Shown here: piece by piece, positions 24,742 to 36,982 of the stretch
How positions within the stretch are numbered: the first letter of the stretch is position 1
Layout: the number at the start of each line of letters is the position of its first letter
NCBI GenBank assembly: GCA_002269645.1
Contig: NIVC01003715.1
Location: 1 to 46,163, forward strand
Direction of reading: 5' to 3'
Origin: Macrostomum lignano
Taxonomy: Eukaryota
Length of the DNA: 46,163 bases
The notes under the pieces: generated by a model
What the model saw: only the letters and a program-made list of their open reading frames with translations
What the model was told of the DNA's origin: nothing
Databases searched by the model: none
Made by a program: the position numbers and the translations under genes

Positions 24742-27700
24742 CACCCGACGACAACCGGCTAGCCGGGCCAAAAGCTTACAAAATCATCGGGCTAACCGGC
24801 AGGAAAGCGCGCTCTCGAGCTCTCGCTTCTCCCGGCTAGACGGGCCCAAAGCGCGCTCCCATACAATCAAATGGGAGTGTATCAATTGAAAGCTTTTAAC
24901 GGGTGTTTAATAACAATTTGCAGTAGAAAAATCGACGTTTGTTAATATTAATTCGCTTGTATGTAATTTGAAAACAAAATTTACAGGAATGAGCTAGGGT
25001 TCCTGTGTTCAACGTTCAACAAAAGCTTTTAAGGCATATTTGTTGTGCTACTGTGCATTGCTGTGCTGGCCTATGCACTAGACTAAACAAGTGAAGGCTT
25101 CGTGTACAAGATAAATGAAAGGAGCTTTTCTTAAATTTCTTGTGCATTATTATGTGATTGCTTAAGTAATTTTGTTCTATAGTTTAAAGCCTGTCACGTG
25201 TCAGTTAATTAATAATACAGGCATTTGAAATATAAATGTAGGTTACAGCAGCTTACTGTAACTTATAAGCTGCTTTTATTCAATTATAAAAAGGCTTCAA
25301 TTCAATTAAATTCTATTTATTTAGCTATAGCCCTATGTATGTAGGAAAGCCTATTGAGCACTAAGCCTTGGCCTAGCTTATTGACTTGGTCTTAGGCCTA
25401 ATGAATAGATTTAGCTAACTTACTAGATAAAAGCCTTAAAATTTTTGTTTTTTTCTATCTATCTACTTTATGTATACCAATAGGCCTAGACTAAATAACA
25501 AACTATAAAACTAAGCCTACAATATTTTATATCAAATGCCTAATGTTTGACTTATTTTCCTTTCCTTAGTTCCCCTCTCCCCTAACCTTGGATTTCCTCC
25601 TTCTAACCCTAGCTTCTCTCCCCCTGACCACTGGCTTCTCTCCCCCTGACCACTGGCTTCTCTCCCCTGACCCCTCCCTGGCTTCCCTCTATCCTAACCC
25701 TTGGCTTCCCTCCCTTGACCTTGGCTTCCCTCCCCTGACCCTGGCTTCTCTCCTTACTGACCCCTGATTTCCCTCCCCTGACCCTGGCTTCTCTTCCCTT
25801 GACCCTGGATTCTTTCCTCCCCTGACCCTGGCTTCTCTCTTCCCCTGACCCTGGCTTCTCTCCTCCCCTGACCCTGGCTTCCTTCCCCTAACCCTGGCTT
25901 CTCTCCCCTTGACCCTGGCTTCTCTCCACTTGGCCCTGGCTTCTGTCCCCCTGACCCTGGCTTCCCTTCCCTGATCCTGGCTTCCCTCCCTTGACCCTGG
26001 CTTCTCTCCTCCCCTGAACCTGGCTTCTCTCCCCTGACCCTGGCTTCTTTCTGCCTCGCCTGGTTTTTCTCCTTATTGACCCCTGGCTTCTCTCCCCCTG
26101 ACCCTGGCTTCCCTCCCTTGACTCTAGCTTTTCTCCCCCTGACCCTGGCTTCCCTCCCTTGACTCTAGCTTTTCTCCCCCTGACCCTGGCTTCTCTCCGC
26201 CTGGCCTTGGCTTTCCTCCCTTGACCCTGGCTTCTCTCCCCCTGACCCTGGCTTCCCTCCCCTTACCCTGGCTTCTCTCCCCCTGACCCTTGCTTCTCTC
26301 TTCCCCTGACCCTGGCTTCTCTCCTCCCCTGACCCTGGCTTCCTTCCCCTAACCCTGGCTTCTCTCCCCTTGACCCTGGCTTCTTTCCTCCCCTGACCCT
26401 GGCTTCTCTCTTCCCCTGACCCTGGCTTCTCTCCTCCCCTGACCCTGGCTTCCTTCCCCTAACCCTGGCTTCTCTCCCCTTGACCCTGGCTTCTCTCCAC
26501 TTGGCCCTGGCTTCTGTCCCCCTGACCCTGGCTTCCCTTCCCTGATCCTGGCTTCCCTCCCTTGACCCTGGCTTCTCTCCTCCCCTGAACCTGGCTTCTC
26601 TCCCCTGACCCTGGCTTCTTTCTGCCTCGCCTGGTTTTTCTCCTTACTGACCCCTGGCTTCTCTCCTCCTGACCCTGGCTTCCCTCCCTTGACTCTAGCT
26701 TTTCTCCCCCTGACCCTGGCTTCCCTCCCTTGACTCTAGCTTTTCTCCCCCTGACCCTGGCTTCTCTCCCCCTGACCCTGGCTTCCCTGCCCTGACCCTG
26801 GCTTCCCTCCCTTGACTCTAGCTTTTCTCCCCTGACCCTGGCTTCTCTCCCCCTGACCCTGGCTTCCCTGCCCTGACCCTGGCTTCCCTCCCTTGACCCT
26901 GCCTTCCCTCCTCCCCTGACCCTGGCTTCTCTCCCCTGACCCTGGCTTCCCTCCCTTGACCCTGGCTTCTCTCCTCCCCTGACCCTGGCGTCTTTTTCCC
27001 CCGCCTGGTTTTTCTCCTTACTGACCCCTGGCTTCTCTCCCCCTGACCCTTGCTTCCTTCCCCTGACCCTGGCTTCCCTCCCTTGACCCTGGCTTCCTCC
27101 TCCTCCTGACCCTTGCTTCCCTCCCCTTACCCTGGCTTCCCTCCCCTGACCCTTGCTTCTCTCCGCCTGGCCTGGCTTTTCTCCTTACTGACCCCTGGCT
27201 TCTCTCTCCCTGACCCTGGCTTCCCTCCCTTGACCCTGGCTTCTCTCCCCTGACCCTCGCTTCCTTCCCCTGACCCTGGCTTCTCTCCTCCCCTGACCCA
27301 GGCTTCTCTCCCCTGACCCTGGCTTCTTTCTGCCTCGCCTGGTTTTCTCCTTACTGACCCCTGGCTTCTCTCCACCTGACCCTGGCTTCCCTCCCTTGAC
27401 CCTGGCTTCCCTCCTCCCCTGACCCTGGCTTCTCTCCCCCTGACCCTGGCTTCCCTCCCTTGACTCTAGCTTTTCTCCCCCTGACCCTGGCTTCTCTCCT
27501 CCCCTGACCCTGGCTTCTCTCTCCCTGACCCTGGCTTCCCTCCCCTGACCCTGGCTTCTCTCCTCTGACCTTGGCTTCCCTCCCTTGACCCTGGCTTCTC
27601 TCCACTTGGCCCTGGCTTCTGTCCCCCTGACCCTGGCTTCCTTCCCCTGACCCTGGCTTCCTTCCCCTGACCCTGGCTTCCTTCCCTTGACCCTGGCTTC

Positions 27701-28779
27701 CCTCCCTTGACCCTGGCTTCCTTCCCCTGACTTTGGCTTCTCTCCCCTTGACCCTGGCTTCTCTCCACTTGGCCCTGGCTTCTGTCCCCCTGACCCTGGC
27801 TTCCTTCCCCCCCTGACTTTGGCTTCTCTCCCCTTGACCCTTGCTTCTCTCCACTTGGCCCTGGCTTCTGTCCCCCTGACCCTGGCTTCCTTCCCCTGAC
27901 CCTGGCTTCCTTCCCCTGACCCTGGCTTCCTTCCCTTGACCCTGGCTTCCCTCCCTTGACCCTGGCTTCTCTCCTCCCCTGACCCTGGCTTCTCTCCCCC
28001 TGACCCTGGCTTCCCTCCCTTGACTCTAGCTTTTCTCCCCCTGACCCTGGCTTCTCTCCGCCTGGCCTTGGCTTTCCTCCCTTGACCCTGGCTTCTCTCC
28101 CCTGACCCTGGCTTCCCTCTCTTGACCCTAGCTTCTCTCCCCCTGACCCTGGCTTCTCTCCGCCTGGCCTGGCTTTTCTCCTTACTGACCCCTGGCTTCT
28201 CTCTCCCTGACCCTGGCTTCCCTCCCCTGACCCTGGCTTCCTTCCCCTGACCCTGGCTTCTCTCCGCCTGGCCTTGGCTTCCCTCCCCTGACCCTGGCTT
28301 CCCTCCCCTGACCCTGGCTTCCCTCCCCTGACCCTGGCTTCCCTCTTTACTGACCCCTGGCTTCTCTTTCCTTAACCCTGGCTTCCCTCCCCTGACCCTG
28401 GCTTCCCTCCCCTGACCCTGGCTTCCCTCCCTCTTGACCCCTGGATTCCCTCCCTCCTGACCCCTGTTTCCTTCCCTCTTGACCCATGGCTCCCTCTCTC
28501 CTGACCCCTCTTGACCCGTAACTTCTGCCCTCTTGCTCTGACGTCTGCTGTCTGCTCTACCTTGCTACTTTGCCCCCTGCTTTTCCGTCCTCTGGTTTTC
28601 TGCCCCCTGCTCTGCCCCCGCTGCTTTGCTCCCTGCTGTCTGCTCTACCCTGCTTCTCCGCCCTCTGCTAAAGTAGTCTCGTATTAGTACCAAGCAGCAC
28701 AGCTTATTGAAAGCACATTCTTCCTTCAGAAAAAGCTACCGGTGAAGCCCAGCTGCTGTACCATTGGCACCTTTGCTTT
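24742..28779 (+). repeat. Left TIR (4038 bp), including ~2.9-kb CCCTGACCCTGGCTTC-type minisatellite (~25600-28480)
   Basis: Outer ~850 bp and inner ~250 bp match the reverse complement of the right TIR nearly base for base. Confidence 0.93.
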
Positions 28780-31700
28780 TGCCTCTGGTGCGATTGGCCT
28801 AGCAACAAACAAGCAGCTGTTCACCCACAAAAGCTATCCAAGCGCGAGCTTTCTACTATGTGTGCACACTGAGCTGAAATTAGTTTGTAAGTACCGCCAC
28901 TATGAGCTCTGATACGCTGACATCTGGTGCAACCGTTACGGCCGGGTCTGCCGCTGGTTCCGCTTAAGCAGCCGCCTCAAACATCGCTGCTGCAGCCGAA
29001 ACTGAAGCTGGCTCCGCCAAAGCTATTTTTTAATTCTTTAATATATGTCGTCAATTCTTTTAACATTGAGATCACCGAATTCTGTTAATACATGTTCAGA
29101 TCTTGTAAAGCTCAACAAAAGCACCCATTTGTCATCGCCCTTTTCCAATATTGCTACTCGCATTACTCCCTGTGCAATGGGAGCCACACTCGACGTTTTT
29201 AGTGACGTGTTTTTAGGTTGTTTATGGGTGGATTTTCTTTTTGTAAAAGCATTTTTTCGAGTCAATGCAGTTTGTAACATCGGAGCTTCATATATTTTTG
29301 CTGTGATTTCTGAGAGACATTTTTTCGAGACGATACTGCTCTGTGACAGGGTGGTGTTCAACGTGTGCCATTTTAATTCAATCCTTGATCACAAAGCTCA
29401 GAGCAAGTGCCACTAGACTTCAGTGTCAGGCTTTCAGTTTAAGCAAATAATCCAAAATAATTTCGGCTGTACCATTGTGGACCAACAATGACCAACCCCT
29501 TATACTGTCAAAATCCTGTTGTTTTTACAGGTTCTTATATTTCTACAAGGAACTGACAGGTGTTTTTTGTTGTTACCGCCAGTTAATTTTTTAAACATTA
29601 CTGCTCTTCATGAAGACGCGTGCAAAAAATACAGATATAAACTTTCATGTTACATACAGTTATGACCAGGAGCTTTCCGATTTTAGTTGGTCATATAATT
29701 TTGTCGAAAACTTGGTTTTGTGTTTCTGGAGTATTTCCTAAATAGCATGCGCTCCGCAAAATTTTGTTGATTTAGCTTTACACTCCAGAAGTAAATTTTT
29801 CTCAGTGAACTCACATTTTATTTCGCTCTTAGTGGTGCAGCTTAAGCATGTTTCGAATGCTCCCAGCAAGCTGCCGAGAGTTCCTGCACTGGCAAGAAAG
29901 GACGCTGCCTTGGTGTAGGGCGCTGAAGTGAACAAAAGTGCGCTCGATCGTCAGCGGTGCACATTTGCTGCATGGGCATTCAGTTTTGTGCTGAGCGGTG
30001 ACGTACGCTTTTTTGAGGGGTCTGCAGTCCAGGCGGCGTCATGAAGGAGGGAGTGGGTGCTCCTGCTTCTGAGAAGCCCTCAGAGTACTCTGGAGTGAGA
30101 GTTCTGCTTCTCACATTCGATGTAGTTGAATAGTCCCCGCATGCTGGAATATGCACTGTGCCCTTTGACAACCATTGTTATATAAGGTCTTGGTTGCAAG
30201 CTTGGTGCTCCTGAATAGACCATGAAATGTCTGTTAATGGTGTATTAGTAAAAGTGCTCAAGAGAGAAATCTTCATGCGATTCTGATGAGCGCTCACCCT
30301 GGTGGGCCATGGGTATTCCGGCTATAGTGGTTGCATGGAGCAAACCTGAGGCAGGGGTCTAGCAAGGAAGACTCACTTATTGTGTATTAAAAATTTACGC
30401 ATATTCATACATGTAGGGTCGAATTGGACTTCAGCAACGCAGGGAAAGCGGCAAAATAAGGGCGGGGGCTCGCAGCAGTTTACTGATTCAGTCGGACTGC
30501 TAGTCTGGGGAGCTGTCAAAACAGCCGATGCGCGGTGCACCAGCTGCCGATGCTGCTTCAGTCGCCTACCAACCTGTTCGCGCTGCCAGGAGCGAACTAC
30601 AAATTAAGTTTTCGGCTAGATCCAAGTCATGTGACGAAACCCGGGGGCTGCCTGAGAATATCTGTAAACCTCTGGGCTCTAGCGCTGAAAATTACCAGCC
30701 TCCATGCATGCCTCACATGGACTTCTCCACCTCTGGATGCTGTTTTGTAGCTGACGTTGCGGTCAAGTTTCAATTATCTCGACAGCGCGGGCCCGCGGGT
30801 TGTAATTGTTTGCCGAAGGGCGTAGCCGCCTCTGCAGTCACTTATGCAGGAGTACACCCGAAAAACTCGACACTACTAGAAATGGCACGTACATGTACAT
30901 GTAACACCCTAATGGACTCTATGCGAGGAGGCATACAAGGGACGGTTTACTTGTAGTCAGTGCTGGAAATGAGGAATGTAAAGACTTTTGCATAAGGGGG
31001 ATCTTTAGTTGGTGGGCGACTCTATAGGAAATGAAGCTGGGGTTCCCGGCGGGGACCGCGGTGGTTCGGCCTCGCGGGAAAACAAACAATAATAAAACAA
31101 ATTTGTATCACCGCGCCGGCCTGGTGCGTCCAAGCGACCTGTTGCGCCGTCGGCGACTCCCAGCTGGCAGGCCACATCATCCGCGCCGAATCGTACTGGC
31201 CAAAGCAGGTGCAGGAGGTGCTGCTGCTGACGCTGCAGGCACCGGCCCTACCGGCGGGGACAGGCGCGCACTCGGCGTTTCGACTCGACTAGCTGCCTGC
31301 TGGCTGATGCTGGCGCCCCGGAGCCGGCGGCGTGGCGTTCATTCGCGACCTGGCCTTGAGGCGCGCCGTGTGACGCTAACTGCGTATTCTGTTGTTGTTG
31401 TTCTGGTACGTGGCGGCTATGCCTTTTGGCGTGTACCTATAAAAAACCCGGATCAGCCGCTAGTTTTGTTCAGGGGAGCTTGACCACTAATCAAGCATAC
31501 TCTATCAACAGCTGAGAGTGTTCAACTAAATTACAGCAGGATGCATACTATAGAGGGCGAGTTCTAGGGAGTCTTCACTGGAATCAATGTATAATCGCTT
31601 GTACTTCTTCGTACGTACGTATGGTCAAGTCACTTGGCTATTATTCTGTTACATGTAATTTCTAGCTCATGTAACTGTATATATGATGTATGGGATGTAC

Positions 31701-32736
31701 GTATATGATACATGTGTAGATCACAGTTTGTGAGTTCCACAAGTCATAAATAATGTTACCAATATGGCATGATAAACATGGCCATGTACATGTATGCGCC
31801 TTATTTGTAGGTAGAAACTGTGTTCAGGTATATTCTATTGTATGTCAATACATTTTGCACTTACATGTATAGTCGTAGAGTTCACGTCCTGGAAAGCAAT
31901 TACTCGTAGCACACGTGCATGAAGCTGTGATTCTTATTTTAAAGAAGATTCTTAACTAAATTTCTTAACAGTCCAGAGGTGCACGCACTAAATTCAGGGA
32001 ACGGCAGGAGTCGCATGCGGACGTCCGTTCTGTCTTCCGTGTACTTCCATGTATACGTATTAATATAAGAAATTCCATTGAAGCCATTCAGAATCGCTTC
32101 CGTACTTTATTGGTGCCCTCTCAAGTGCTAATGACCCCTCCTCGCTACGCCCCAACATTGGCACCTACACAGAACACACTAACACCTACCTCATTTTTTA
32201 ATGAGTTGCATAGCGCTATGCGTGATGAAGTACTGTACGAGTAACGCAAGTTACCATCGATAATAATCTCAAAATTCTATCCCTTTTCTAACAGCCCGAA
32301 ATACATGAACTCGATCCAATATATCGACGAGCTACAGTGTATAGTGCATATATATCGATTTATACCACTTTCTAGAATGTATCCTATTGTACACCACACC
32401 ACCTCACTCAACACCCACCACACCACATTACTCAATGCAGGTACATTATATCGCAGAAGTCACATAAGCGCTGGAAGAAATATTTAATTTAATTGTTAGA
32501 AATCGACAGTAACTCGTACATGTACAAGGGTACATACGTAATTGTATGTGGCGCTTTCATCAATAAGGCTTTTTAGCATGTCCAAGTTTTTTAAACAAAC
32601 GAACTAAAACAAGTTTATTAGAGCATACTTAAGGTCTTAAAAATAGCGTCACACAGCTATATTCCCCTAGTACAGGAAGTTCCCAAAGCACTTCTCTGGC
32701 TAGAGTTGGCGCCAGAGGAACTCGCTAAGATGGGAC

Positions 32737-33110
32737 TCAAAAAAGGTCGTCACTAGCGCCATGCTGGCTGCAAAACTTCGCCTTCACGAGTGCCCAGGTG
32801 CCTTCGATGTTGTTTGTGGACACAGTTGGATCGTTCGGATCAACGAAATGCAGACGGTGATTGACAAACACCTGGGGAAGCGCACTATATACCTGCCAGC
32901 CGTCAGTTAAAATGCGTGTCCCAGGCAACACACTGCTGAATAATCTGACTCAGCAGAACGGTTGGGTACTTGTACCATCATGCATTTGCGTGTACCTTGC
33001 TCGACCATCCCAAGCACCCAGTGGCCCTCGCGGTATGCTCCCTGGTGGTATTTGCGATGAAAAAATTGGACTCATCCACTTCAACTTCTCTTCCGTTTAT
33101 TGGCTTTTTA
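32737..33110 (-). pseudogene. Merlin/ISXO2 (IS1595-family) DDE transposase fragment, at least 2 frameshifts
   Basis: Joined frames read VEVDES(fs)FHRKYHQG...WVLGMVEQGTRKCMMVQVPNRSA(fs)..VLPGTRILTDGWQVY...VNHRLHFVDP...TNNIEGTWALVK, i.e. the D-D-E motifs of the family. Confidence 0.85.
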
Positions 33111-33471
33111 TTGCAAACAAAAAAGAACAATTATTTCTCAGTTTTTGTACAACATATACTTTATTTTTCTCGCTCATCGCACATTCCATTGTCAGCTACT
33201 AGTATTTTCTCTTTGTCGTTTGTCAAAAAATGGCACAATTCAGGTACACTAAATGGCACACTATAATAAAAAACGAGAAAAGAACACGGACAATTCGATT
33301 TAACAATTCCAAAAGACTTAGCAACAGCCGCAAAAACGAACGTACCACGACGTGAACACCTACAAGTCAACTTATGATTTTTTGACCAAAATATAAAATA
33401 CGCAGAAGGTACAAGTTGTCAGTTCAGCCACACTGTTAGAGCGCGACGACAGTCCTTTGGTCAAACCTCTC

Positions 33472-34328
33472 AGCTCTCAACTTCCGCCACCTTCCCGCTC
33501 TCAGCTCATGCCACCTTCCCGCTCTCAGCTCATGCCACCTTCCCGCTCTCAGCTCATGCCACCTTCCCGCTCTCAGCTCATGCCACCTTCCCGCTCTCAG
33601 CTCCCGCCACCTTCCCGCTCTCAGCTCCCGCCACCTTCCCGCTCTCAGCTCCCGCCACCTTCCCGCTCTCAGCTCCCGCCACCTTCCCGCTCTCAGCTCA
33701 TGCCACCTTCCCGCTCTCAGCTCCCGCCACCTTCCCGCTCTCAGCTCCCGCCACCTTCCCGCTCTCAGCTCATGCCACCTTCCCGCTCTCAGCTCCCGCC
33801 ACCTTCCCGCTCTCAGCTCATGCCACCTTCCCGCTCTCAGCTCCCGCCACCTTCCCGCTCTCAGCTCCCGCCACCTTCCCGCTCTCAGCTCATGCCACCT
33901 TCCCGCTCTCAGCTCCCGCCACCTTCCCGCTCTCAGCTCCCGCCACCTTCCCGCTCTCAGCTCCCGCCACCTTCCCGCTCTCAGCTCCCGCCACCTTCCC
34001 GCTCTCAGCTCCCGCCACCTTCCCGCTCTCAGCTCCCGCCACCTTCCCGCTCTCAGCTCATGCCACCTTCCCGCTCTCAGCTCATGCCACCTTCCCGCTC
34101 TCAGCTCATGCCACCTTCCCGCTCTCAGCTCATGCCACCTTCCCGCTCTCAGCTCCCGCCACCTTCCCGCTCTCAGCTCCCGCCACCTTCCCGCTCTCAG
34201 CTCCCGCCACCTTCCCGCTCTCAGCTCATGCCACCTTCCCGCTCTCAGCTCCTGCCACCTTCCCGCTCTCAGCTCCCGCCACCTTCCCGCTCTCAGCTCC
34301 CGCCACCTTCCCGCTCTCAGCTCCTGCC
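33472..34328. repeat. 24-bp minisatellite CCACCTTCCCGCTCTCAGCTC(CCG/ATG), ~35 copies, inside the foldback element
   Basis: Direct reading. Confidence 0.98.
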
Positions 34329-34750
34329 AAAATTAGATATGGCTTGTCAATGTATGGCTTTTGTGTTATGGCTATTGGTGACTTGTGAAACCTCACTAAC
34401 GGTGATCGGAAGTACTAATGCGTGTATATGTGCATGCATAGAGTACATGAGCAAGAAACTAACAAGTTATGGATAAAAGTAGAGCAAAGGTAAAAGGTAC
34501 AGATAAACAAAGTTAAAAAAATTGACTGTAAATAAAGCTAACATGAACTGTCAATGATACGAATTTCCATTTGCTGACAGCTCAAGACAAAATGCTTTCA
34601 ACGACCGTTCCATTCTGAGCTAACTTTGATACGATCACCGCATTGCTGAAGATTTTGGTACGCTTTGCACCGACTGTAGCGTTCGAGGCGGCTGTTCGAG
34701 CAGAACCAGTGGCAGTCCCGGCCGCAGCAGCGTTGTTCGAGACGGTGACC

Positions 34751-36982
34751 AAAGCAAAGGTGCCAATGGTACAGCAGCTGGGCTTCACCGGTAGCTTTTT
34801 CTGAAGGAAGAATATGCTTTCAATAAGCTGTGCTGCTTGGTACTAATACGAGACTACTTTAGCAGAGGGCGGAGAAGCAGGGTAGAGCAGATAGCAGGGA
34901 GGGCAGAGCAGGAAGCAAAGCCGTGCGGACAGAGCAGAGGGCAGAAAACCAGGAGGCAGACCAGGGGGGAAAGAGCAAGGAGGCAGAGCCACTGGTCAGG
35001 AGTGAGGGAAGCCAGGGTCAGGGAGAGAGAAGCCAGGGGTCAGTAAGGAGAAAAGCCAGGCCAGGCGGAGAGAAGCCAGGGTCAGGGGGAGAGAAGCTAG
35101 GGTCAAGAGAGGGAAGCCAGGGTCAGGGGAGAGAAGCCAGGGTCAAGGGAGGAAAGCTAGAGTCAAGGGAGGGAAGCCAGGGTCAGGGGAAGAGAAGCCA
35201 GGGTCAGGGGAGGAGAGAAGCCAGGGTCAAGGGAGGGAAGCCAAGCCAGGGTCAAGGGAAGGAAGCCAGGGTCAGGGGAAGGAAGCCAGGGTCAGGGGGA
35301 GAGAAGCCAGGGCCAAGTGGAGAGAAGCCAGGGTCAAGGGAGGGAAGCCAGGGTCAAGGGAAGGAAGCCAGGGTCAGGGGAAGGAAGCCAGGGTCAGGGG
35401 AGAGAAGCTAGGGTCAGAAGAGGAGAGAAGCCAGGGTCAGGAGAAGGAAGCCAGGGTCAGGGGAGAGAAGCTAGGGTCAGGGGAGGAGAGAAGCCAGGGT
35501 CAGAGGAAGGAAGCGAGGGTCAGGGGAGAGAAGCCAGGGTCAAGGGAGGGAAGCCAAGGCCAGCGGGAGAGAAGCCAGGGTCAGGGGAGGGAAGCCAGGG
35601 TCAGGGAGAGAGAAGCCAGGGGTCAGTAAGGAGAAAAACCAGGCGAGGCAGAAAGAAGCCAGGGTCAGGGGAGAGAAGCCAGGGTCAGGGGAGAGAAGCC
35701 AGGTTCAGGGGAGGAGAGAAGCCAGGGTCAAGGGAGGGAAGCCAGGATCAGGGAAGGGAAGCCAGGGTCAGGGGGACAGAAGCCAGGGCCAAGTGGAGAG
35801 AAGCCAGGGTCAAGGGGAGAGAAGCCAGGGTTAGGGGAAGGAAGCCAGGGTCAGGGGAGGAGAGAAGCCAGGGTCAGGGGAAGAGAGAAGCCAGGGTCAG
35901 GGGAGGAAAGAAGCCAGGGTCAAGGGAAGAGAAGCCAGGGTCAGGGGAGGGAAATCAGGGGTCAGTAAGGAGAGAAGCCAGGGTCAGGGGGAGGGAAGCC
36001 AAGGTCAAGGGAGGGAAGCCAAGGGTTAGGATAGAGGGAAGCCAGGGAGGGGTCAGGGGGAGAGAAGCCAGTGGTCAGGGGGAGAGAAGCCAGTGGTCAG
36101 GGGGAGAGAAGCTTGGGTTAGAAGGAGGAAATCCAAGGTTAGGGGAGAGGGGAACTAAGGAAAGGAAAATAAGTCAAACATCAGGCATTTGATATAAAAT
36201 ATTGTAGGCTTAGTTTTATAGTTTGTTATTTAGTCTAGGCCTATTGGTATACATAAAGTAGATAGATAGAAAAAAACAAAAATTTTAAGGCTTTTATCTA
36301 GTAAGTTAGCTAAATCTATTCATTAGGCCTAAGACCAAGTCAATAAGCTAGGCCAAGGCTTAGTGCTCAATAGGCTTTCCTACATACATAGGGCTATAGC
36401 TAAATAAATAGAATTTAATTGAATTGAAGCCTTTTTATAATTGAATAAAAGCAGCTTATAAGTTACAGTAAGCTGCTGTAACCTACATTTATATTTCAAA
36501 TGCCTGTATTATTAATTAACTGACACGTGACAGGCTTTAAACTATAGAACAAAATTACTTAAGCAATCACATAATAATGCACAAGAAATTTAAGAAAAGC
36601 TCCTTTCATTTATCTTGTACACGAAGCCTTCACTTGTTTAGTCTAGTGCATAGGCCAGCACAGCAATGCACAGTAGCACAACAAATATGCCTTAAAAGCT
36701 TTTGTTGAACGTTGAACACAGGAACCCTAGCTCATTCCTGTAAATTTTGTTTTCAAATTACATACAAGCGAATTAATATTAACAAACGTCGATTTTTCTA
36801 CTGCAAATTGTTATTAAACACCCGTTAAAAGCTTTCAATTGATACACTCCCATTTGATTGTATGGGAGCGCGCTTTGGGCCCGTCTAGCCGGGAGAAGCG
36901 AGAGCTCGAGAGCGCGCTTTCCTGCCGGTTAGCCCGATGATTTTGTAAGCTTTTGGCCCGGCTAGCCGGTTGTCGTCGGGTG
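34751..36982 (-). repeat. Right TIR (2232 bp), including ~1.1-kb GAAGCCAGGGTCAGGG-type minisatellite (~35000-36125)
   Basis: Inner boundary AAAGCAAAGGTGCCAATGG at 34751 matches left CCATTGGCACCTTTGCTTT ending 28779. Confidence 0.93.

Larger units (their letters stand above)
24742..36982. mobile_element. 12,241-bp foldback-type DNA transposon with multi-kb TIRs and 7-bp TSD (P/Galileo-like architecture)
   Basis: Left end CACCCGACGACAACCGGCTAGC is the exact reverse complement of the right end GCTAGCCGGTTGTCGTCGGGTG; ACCTCGG at 24735-24741 and 36983-36989. Confidence 0.92.

Noticed and set aside
30283-30345. Possible hammerhead ribozyme (CTGATGAG ... GAGCAAAC)
   Set aside because: Lacks the required GAAA after stem II and convincing stems I/III.
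32737-33110. Merlin relic as the transposase of the 12-kb element
   Set aside because: The element's CACCC ends and 7-bp TSD do not fit Merlin (GG ends, 8-9-bp TSD), and the fragment is far more decayed than the TIRs.
33457-34476. 339-aa PPSRSQL-repeat ORF as a real gene
   Set aside because: Non-ATG start; composed almost wholly of a 24-bp array; no supporting gene structure.
34837-36192. ORFs in the TIR minisatellites (also 27127-27854)
   Set aside because: Repeat-derived, mirrored in both TIRs.
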